This document shows positions 58,352 through 64,000 of a DNA stretch of 64,000 bases, in pieces; position 1 is the stretch's first letter, and each line of letters starts with the position of its first letter. The stretch lies in the IMG/VR virus record IMGVR_UViG_2974664081_000001, positions 11,874-75,873 of that record; one strand, 5' to 3'. A program made the position numbers and the translations under genes. The notes under the pieces are model-generated. The model had not been told where the DNA came from. It made no database searches and saw only the letters and a list, made by a program, of their open reading frames with translations. This DNA is from a virus. Its lineage: Duplodnaviria; Caudoviricetes.

Positions 58352-59962
58352 TCACACCATATAGGATTGGAGTGGGTTGGCTTCATCTGCCCGAGCTTCG
58401 TCATCCCACACCTCATCCACATGAGTTACAGGCGCAGACTCGCTGGGCTTCCACGGTGTTAAGTATGCCAGCATGGAGATAGTGTCGATACAGTCGTCCT
58501 TGCCTTTGAGGCCGCTGGTTGTAGCCAGACGAATCTGCTCCATGAAGTGGCCGATGATGATCGAGTGCTTCATCTCTTCTGGGAACAGGATCTTTCGAGC
58601 TTTGAACCAAGGGACAACCATGTTGAAGCGGGACAGTTTATCCGCAGTGGGGCGGATGCCAGGCTCCCCACTCTTCTCACTGGAGGCGAAGTTGAACCAG
58701 ATGTTCCGGTTCATCATCTCGTTTTGCAGCAGCTTGATGTAGGCCTGCTGCTGACCTGTCACTTCGATACCCACCTGTTGAGGGTGGTACTCAGAGACCA
58801 GACGGAAGATGTCGTTGAAGGTCTTGTCGATGGTCTGTTTTTCACAGATCCCGTCTACCCAGAACCAGTCACCGTTGGCATTGTACGCCCAGACCGAAAT
58901 CACCGAGTAGTCGGCAGACTGCTTGGTCGAGGTGGCGATGTCAGAGGTGATGTAGAAATTGAAATTCTGCTTGTTCTTCAACAGGTTGGCTCGGCTGTAC
59001 CAACCGATCTCAGCATCCTGCACCAGACGTTCTTCTTCCGAGGTGATGCGGAGCATCAACTCCTGATAGAAAGCAGACAGCTTGCCGGTCTTGACCGCCA
59101 TGTCGTACTGCTCTTGGATGAAGTCGAAGGTGAAGCGATCCTCCCAGGCCCCGACAAACTCTTCACGGGTGCAGGGGAATTTCTCGCAAACTGGCCAGAC
59201 GTTGACATCCCATGCCCCGGACTCAACTGCCTCGATCAGGATGTCTTCGGTGTTGAACGGTGTACCGTTGAACACGACCTTACGGCGAGTCGGATCGAGG
59301 GCGTGGTTCACACCTTTATATACGGTGTCCTTGATGGCGATCATCGCGGCTTTCGACTTAGAGTCATCATCGCTCACGAGGTCGTCGAGTACCGCCAGCA
59401 CTGGACGCTTACCAAAGATCTTCGTACCCCGCAGACCCGTCTTGGCACCAAACATCTTGACCCCCAGCCGGTGACCTTCCCGGTTGGTGAACTCAAGGTA
59501 GTTGTCGGTGAAAATGGCGTCAGGGATCCATTGCTGCAAGAAGTCACTGTTCTTGTAGCGAAATTCGATGTTTTTTCGGGCCGATTTGACGCCGTTATCC
59601 ATGGAGTCAGAAACGTAGATCATCCCCTCGATCTTGCCGAAATTGGGCAACGCCCCAAACATGGCGATGAACAAGGTGAGGTATTCCATGAATACAGCCG
59701 TCTTGCCTGCACCCCGAAAGCACAGGTTGGCCACATAGTCCCGACCACCGACCATCTTGTCCAACATCTTCAAGTGAACAGGGGGAGTCTTGTTCGACTC
59801 CCCTTGCTGACCATTCACCAGCTTGATGAAGTTCATGAAGATCAAGGCAAATTCAGAAGGGACATACGACGAACTGTTTAGCTCGGCATAGTCCACTTGG
59901 TTCAGCCAGTCATCCAGCTTCTGTTTCTTCAGGGGTGGCAGCTTGGCAAACGGTGCTGTCAT
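58352..59962 (-). CDS. terL: terminase large subunit
   Basis: CFRGAGKT, LAVLDD, GTP coupling motif, nuclease DIA...DYS...DDCID. Confidence 0.95.
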   Translation of the reverse strand: MTAPFAKLPPLKKQKLDDWLNQVDYAELNSSSYVPSEFALIFMNFIKLVNGQQGESNKTPPVHLKMLDKMVGGRDYVANLCFRGAGKTAVFMEYLTLFIAMFGALPNFGKIEGMIYVSDSMDNGVKSARKNIEFRYKNSDFLQQWIPDAIFTDNYLEFTNREGHRLGVKMFGAKTGLRGTKIFGKRPVLAVLDDLVSDDDSKSKAAMIAIKDTVYKGVNHALDPTRRKVVFNGTPFNTEDILIEAVESGAWDVNVWPVCEKFPCTREEFVGAWEDRFTFDFIQEQYDMAVKTGKLSAFYQELMLRITSEEERLVQDAEIGWYSRANLLKNKQNFNFYITSDIATSTKQSADYSVISVWAYNANGDWFWVDGICEKQTIDKTFNDIFRLVSEYHPQQVGIEVTGQQQAYIKLLQNEMMNRNIWFNFASSEKSGEPGIRPTADKLSRFNMVVPWFKARKILFPEEMKHSIIIGHFMEQIRLATTSGLKGKDDCIDTISMLAYLTPWKPSESAPVTHVDEVWDDEARADEANPLQSYMV

Positions 59963-60633
59963 TGGCCAGACTCCTGCGTGAAGATTCGTTGACCGGTGAT
60001 CTCCTTGATCGACTGACCTTGCTCAATGTTCTGGATCGACTGCTGAGCCAGATTCTTCAGCAGGTCACGCAGCTCGTTCATACCACTGCTCTCTTGAGCA
60101 TTGATATTCAGCTGGAAGCCTGCTTCTTTTGGCTTGCTCAGATGAGTCAGCAACGAGTTGGCTGCATCACAGCGAACCTTCTCACTCTGGGCATTCATCA
60201 TCAGGTCAGCCTGAACGTTGATGGCGTCCTGATACTTGTCTTGGTTCAGCACCCACGACGGGATGATGGACTGCTCCAAGATCTTGTTGACTAGCTGGTT
60301 CTTATTGTAGGCAGCCACATAGGCTGAGATGTCTTTCTTGCTGGCACCTTTCGCTACCAGTGCAGCATGGCGTTGGGGGAAGGTCAGAAAGTAGGCATCT
60401 TGGTTCGACTTGTTCATCAGCTTGTAGCTGACGTACTGAACTGCGTTCAGGTAGTCCTCCATCTTGTACTTACCGTCTTGTAGCACATGGCTGTACGACA
60501 GAAAGTTTTCCCGGACCTGCTCAGCAATCAGCGGATCGGACACGACGTTGTTTACGGTGTCCACCAGCTGCTGAGTCACGGAGCTTTTGAGGCTGGCTGG
60601 TAAGGCCTTGGCCACCATCTCTTTCGTCAACAT
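59959..60633 (-). CDS. N4 gp69-like protein, putative terminase small subunit
   Basis: YLNAVQYVSYKLM, SEKVRCDAANSLLTHL; overlaps the terL start. Confidence 0.8.
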   Translation of the reverse strand: MLTKEMVAKALPASLKSSVTQQLVDTVNNVVSDPLIAEQVRENFLSYSHVLQDGKYKMEDYLNAVQYVSYKLMNKSNQDAYFLTFPQRHAALVAKGASKKDISAYVAAYNKNQLVNKILEQSIIPSWVLNQDKYQDAINVQADLMMNAQSEKVRCDAANSLLTHLSKPKEAGFQLNINAQESSGMNELRDLLKNLAQQSIQNIEQGQSIKEITGQRIFTQESGQ

Positions 60634-60658
60634 AGTTCTAGATCCTGTACCTTTATAA

Positions 60659-60682
60659 AGGAAGGGGGCCGAAGCCCCTTTC
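60659..60682 (-). terminator. hairpin/terminator
   Basis: aaggggc-ttcg-gccccctt. Confidence 0.6.
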
Positions 60683-60877
60683 TTAGTATTGCTGGGCCAC
60701 TATCAGTAGCTGGTCTTTCAACAGATCTCGTTGAGCTGTCAGCTCTACCAGCTGAGTTTCAAGCTGATCCTTCTTGGCCAGCAGATCCAGAAACTCTTGG
60801 TTCATGGCTTCGACCTGATTGGCCACATCCCGATAGTTCTGTCCTGCCACCAACAGTGGGTTTTCTACATCACTCAT
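60683..60877 (-). CDS. small coiled-coil protein
   Basis: GAGG RBS; heptad pattern. Confidence 0.7.
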   Translation of the reverse strand: MSDVENPLLVAGQNYRDVANQVEAMNQEFLDLLAKKDQLETQLVELTAQRDLLKDQLLIVAQQY

Positions 60878-60898
60878 GGTGCTTCCTCAATCTTAGAT

Positions 60899-61084
60899 CT
60901 AGGTTTTAGGGAGGGCTTTGGCCCCTTCAATCAGCTCACGTTGGAGACGAGTCATCTCCATGCGAGCTTGATCCTCTTGTCGAATCAGCTGATTTGCCTC
61001 AGCTTCTGCCGCCACTCGACGTTTGCTGATTATCTCAAATTTTTCGTAGGCGGCTTGGAAAGCCTTGGCTTTGGATTCAATCAT
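60899..61084 (-). CDS. small coiled-coil protein
   Basis: Start at MIESKAK, overlapping the acb2 stop. Confidence 0.6.
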   Translation of the reverse strand: MIESKAKAFQAAYEKFEIISKRRVAAEAEANQLIRQEDQARMEMTRLQRELIEGAKALPKT

Positions 61085-61322
61085 GGTCAGGAGCCTTGAA
61101 TGCGTCAGCAGGTTGAGCAATGGCACGGACAAACCACATGAAGGCGGTTTGCAGTTCAGTCTTGGCAATGGCCAGCATGCGTTGGTCCACCCCTTGGATT
61201 TGAGAGATCTGCTGCCACAGCTGACCAATGTCAGTCTCGGCTGCCTTGATGCTGTTCATGCCATCGATCTCTGCCTGAGACAAGTCACGATAGCCTTTGA
61301 TCAATTTGTGTTGGTTGTCCAT
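61077..61322 (-). CDS. acb2: anti-CBASS protein Acb2 homolog (cyclic-oligonucleotide sponge)
   Basis: [22 protein letters not shown].IK ... R.[20 protein letters not shown] closely matches Acb2 as recalled from Pseudomonas phage PaMx33. Confidence 0.88.
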   Translation of the reverse strand: [81 protein letters not shown]

Positions 61323-61738
61323 CAGTTTTTCCTCAAAGAATGGTTACGGTAAGCACGACGAAGCTTCACATGAATGGCATCAGACAGACTGCCTTTCTCA
61401 GTCAAGTCATCGAAGAGTTCTTCAATCTGCTCACTCAGTGCAGCAATCTGATTGTTGATGTCCCTTCGTTCCTTATAGAGAGAGGCCATCTGTCTCTCCA
61501 TGGACACGATCTCAGGATTGAAGACCTGAGCTTCCTTCTCTTCTGGCTTCTTGCGGAGGTAGTCCCCCACCAGTTGCTTAACCTGCGGAGCTGGCTCCTC
61601 GTCACGGTTGATGTTCCAAGACGACAGATGATGCAACAGGTTGCGATCAAGGGCCGTCAAGGTATGTTCCTCGACACGGAGCCAACCGAACCGGTCGGGT
61701 TCTCCGATGGGGAGGTATACGTGCTTTACGTCACTCAT
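61322..61738 (-). CDS. hypothetical phage protein
   Basis: AAGGA RBS; TGATG coupling to acb2. Confidence 0.7.
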   Translation of the reverse strand: MSDVKHVYLPIGEPDRFGWLRVEEHTLTALDRNLLHHLSSWNINRDEEPAPQVKQLVGDYLRKKPEEKEAQVFNPEIVSMERQMASLYKERRDINNQIAALSEQIEELFDDLTEKGSLSDAIHVKLRRAYRNHSLRKN

Positions 61739-61865
61739 CAGTTTTTCCTTGGTGGGGGGCTGAATCTGAGGTTAGACTTTAGGCTCTCTTTAGTAATCAA
61801 TCAATCTCTTTCCAAACAAGGACGGGGGTAAGGGGGGCTATTGTCCCCAGAAACTGGGGGACGAT

Positions 61866-62174
61866 ATGGAGCTGTGGGTCACCTACAGGAATGCAGAGAT
61901 CTCAGCCATGACAACCTTGGATCAGATGTTCTCCCATCGGATCAGGTTCATGGTGCTGTGCCAAACTCAAGATGAGTTAGACATTCTCAAAGGGTATGAG
62001 CTGATCTACAGCCGAAAGCTGGAGATTTACACCTTGAACCAATGGAAGGAACGGGAGCCGGTTCCTTATCTGACGGTTTCGAATGGTAAAAGCCTGCTTG
62101 TCACAGGGCAGCCTCACTTGACTCCAGTGATCTACTCCACCTTCAAGCCCGAGGATCACTTCCGTGGACTTTGA
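61866..62174 (+). CDS. hypothetical protein, paralog 1 of 5
   Basis: LCQTQDELDILKGYELIYS. Confidence 0.75.
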   Translation: MELWVTYRNAEISAMTTLDQMFSHRIRFMVLCQTQDELDILKGYELIYSRKLEIYTLNQWKEREPVPYLTVSNGKSLLVTGQPHLTPVIYSTFKPEDHFRGL

Positions 62175-62430
62175 TCTCTGGTACAAATTCGGCTCTGCTC
62201 CTTACGAAAAGGTGGACATCACCAGACCTTTCAAACCAATCCATCAGCATTCGGAAGCACCCATTGTCTTGTGCGAAACCCAAGAAGAAGCGGACCAATT
62301 GGCTGGCTTTCAGTATGTCATGGGCGGCAAGCTGGATATCCGCTTGGTTCCTCAAGGTGCATCAGCCAACCCTTGGGTCTACAACCGGGCCTACATCTTT
62401 CTCACATGGAACCCAATCGAAAGGAGTTGA
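62164..62430 (+). CDS. hypothetical protein, paralog 2 of 5
   Basis: GAGG RBS, GTG start; LCETQEEADQLAGFQYVMG. Confidence 0.72.
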   Translation: MDFDLWYKFGSAPYEKVDITRPFKPIHQHSEAPIVLCETQEEADQLAGFQYVMGGKLDIRLVPQGASANPWVYNRAYIFLTWNPIERS

Positions 62431-62434
62431 ACCA

Positions 62435-62695
62435 ATGCAGATCTATGTCAAAGGAGTGGACGAATCTTGGACACACAGCAGATGGGTTCCCATCACCCTT
62501 GAATATTATTTCAAGGAGTTCCCTATGGATCTCTGTGCGGTAGCTACCCAGAATGAGATCGACATGATCAATGGTGCGGCTCTGATCTTTGGCTCAACCA
62601 CCAAGCCTCAGCTAATTCACATCAATCCACTCACATACCATGCAGCCATATGCCGTGTGGACATGCCTCAGTATTTCCTGAAGGTGGAGGTATGA
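62435..62695 (+). CDS. hypothetical protein, paralog 3 of 5
   Basis: AAGGAG RBS; AVATQNEIDMINGAALIFG. Confidence 0.75.
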   Translation: MQIYVKGVDESWTHSRWVPITLEYYFKEFPMDLCAVATQNEIDMINGAALIFGSTTKPQLIHINPLTYHAAICRVDMPQYFLKVEV

Positions 62696-62946
62696 GGGTC
62701 CATATCCAATACGCCCCCGGCCTGACCAATGATGATGTCTGGGGCGAGTACACCATGGAACAGTTCTTCAAAGCCTTCGCCATGGAGAAGCTTGGGGTTT
62801 TGAGCCAAGAGGAAAAAGACATGCTCCTTGGTTCGGCCCTGATCTTCGGCTCTCGCTGTCAGCTTGACATCACTGTCCTGCCAGACTTCAGCTTCGAGGT
62901 CTACCAGAAAACTGGCGTGGATTACTACGTGCAGGTGCGGGTATGA
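62692..62946 (+). CDS. hypothetical protein, paralog 4 of 5
   Basis: ATGA overlap; GVLSQEEKDMLLGSALIFG. Confidence 0.75.
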   Translation: MRVHIQYAPGLTNDDVWGEYTMEQFFKAFAMEKLGVLSQEEKDMLLGSALIFGSRCQLDITVLPDFSFEVYQKTGVDYYVQVRV

Positions 62947-63197
62947 AGATCGCTTACCGACTGGGAAATATGGGCTGGGCAGAGGATAGGGTCACCACTC
63001 TGGATGATCTCTTTACTCTAGCTAACTGGCCCAGAGCAGTGTTCATAGCTAGGAACCAACAGGACTATGACACCCTTTGTGGGTATGAACTGGTCTATGG
63101 AGTGAAGCTTCCTTTAAGGAGGGAGCCTTTCAATGCTGACCTATTCAATATCGATGAGGTGTTTCTTTGGGTTGATTTCCCCAATAACCCAGACTAG
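62943..63197 (+). CDS. hypothetical protein, paralog 5 of 5
   Basis: ATGA overlap; IARNQQDYDTLCGYELVYG. Confidence 0.75.
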   Translation: MKIAYRLGNMGWAEDRVTTLDDLFTLANWPRAVFIARNQQDYDTLCGYELVYGVKLPLRREPFNADLFNIDEVFLWVDFPNNPD

Positions 63198-63412
63198 TAT
63201 CAACTTGCCATCTGCCATAGCCATGGGCGATTGCTTGTACGGCCCTAGGAGTCGGTGGGTTAAAACCGCTTCAGTGAATCAGGTCCATGCTCCTTCATCA
63301 CAGCAGTACCGTGATGTCACACAGGTTGCCAATAGCCTGTTAGTGGATCGGGATTCACAGCACAGTGGATAGGCTTGAGTCCATCTCCCCCAGCTAGGAC
63401 AGTCCACACCAG

Positions 63413-63452
63413 AAGGCCCCAAGACCTAGACTCCCTTGGGGCCTTTTTCTTT
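63413..63452 (+). terminator. intrinsic terminator
   Basis: aaggccccaag-acctagactcc-cttggggcctttttc. Confidence 0.82.
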
Positions 63453-63631
63453 GGTTGGGTATTAGAATCAAGTTTGCTTAAGGATAGATCTAGTAATATT
63501 TTTCTTGCTGATTTTTATGGTGCAGATGTTCTATGGCAGTGTGTACACCCTCGGCACCACCAGAATCATCAAGTACCCCCCCGGTACACTGTTGTACACT
63601 GCTTAGCCTACCCCCACTTCATCAGTACACT

Positions 63632-63650
63632 GGTGCTGCGCACCGCTTGG
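63632..63650 (+). promoter_or_regulatory. putative vRNAP hairpin (early) promoter
   Basis: GGTGC-TGC-GCACC + 4 nt + GG, the same geometry as N4 P2 (GAAGC-TCC-GCTTC-TTTT-GG); 36 nt upstream of the first early gene. Confidence 0.65.
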
Positions 63651-63685
63651 GCATGTTGCCCTTGAGTATCTAATGGAGTCTAACC

Positions 63686-64000
63686 ATGTCGTCTTCCCGT
63701 CTTACCTTTGGTGCCATGCTGTCCACTGTTCAGACCACTGCCAACACAGTGACTGCAACTCTGGAAGCTGCGAACCAAGCAGTCGGTATGCTCACTGCCT
63801 ATGTAGGCGAAGCCTCTGCCAACCAGAAGCTGCGTCAGATCGCTGATCGTGAAGTCTTCTTGGAGAATCTCATCACCGAGAAGTCTGAAGAACGTGCTCT
63901 GTCCCGACTCAAGGTCGAGAAGTTCATTGCACAGTCTGCCAAACACCATCAGCACTACGAGGAAGCTTATGAAACTTTCAGCAAGCTGCTCCGTCCTGCT
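63686..64000 (+). CDS. first early gene, N4 gp1-like (runs off the window end)
   Basis: GGAG RBS; MSSSRLTFGAMLSTVQTTANTVT... open to the end of the window. Confidence 0.75.
   Translation, partial: MSSSRLTFGAMLSTVQTTANTVTATLEAANQAVGMLTAYVGEASANQKLRQIADREVFLENLITEKSEERALSRLKVEKFIAQSAKHHQHYEEAYETFSKLLRPA

Larger units (their letters stand above)
1..64000. mobile_element. N4-like (Schitoviridae) lytic phage genome, partial and permuted across the genome end
   Basis: Giant virion RNAP plus N4 gene order (rIIA/B, helicase, PolA, primase, SSB; vRNAP-gp51..gp59 portal, lysis, tail, terminase); no host housekeeping genes or integrase seen. Confidence 0.97.

Noticed and set aside
61776-61804. TTGATT-17-TAAAGT sigma70-like promoter for the acb2 cluster (minus strand)
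   Set aside because: Plausible, but the match is too weak in an AT-rich stretch to list as a feature
63133-63955. ORFs 63133-63372, 63375-63665 and 63680-63955(-)
   Set aside because: They span a terminator and promoter or are antisense to the gp1-like gene; weak starts

Overview
The whole window is the genome of an N4-like podophage (Schitoviridae). The host is probably Pseudomonas or a similar GC-rich proteobacterium; this is inferred from codon usage and protein resemblance, not proven. The + strand from 1 to 29.5 kb holds middle and replication genes: two AAA ATPases, a vWA/metallopeptidase, dCTP deaminase, a TerB-like protein, ThyA, rIIA/rIIB, a MazG-like protein, helicase, family A DNA polymerase, nuclease, primase, a Sak4-like ATPase, SSB and a resolvase. 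The - strand from 29.5 to 61.7 kb holds three tRNAs, the 3474-aa virion RNA polymerase, virion proteins, capsid, portal, lysis cassette, a repeat-built tail protein, terminase and an Acb2 anti-CBASS homolog. A + strand array of five small paralogous genes follows, then a non-coding region that is probably the genome end/terminal repeat, an N4-type hairpin promoter and the start of a gp1-like early gene. The most unusual signals are: a roughly tenfold genome-wide excess of the heptamer GAACCAA/TTGGTTC; the five-paralog array; a structured non-coding locus at 9.0-9.3 kb (perfect 23-bp inverted repeat plus a non-canonical tRNA-like element); and a four-fold repeated ~163-aa tail domain. Family assignments come from motif recognition and N4 synteny, not from database searches.
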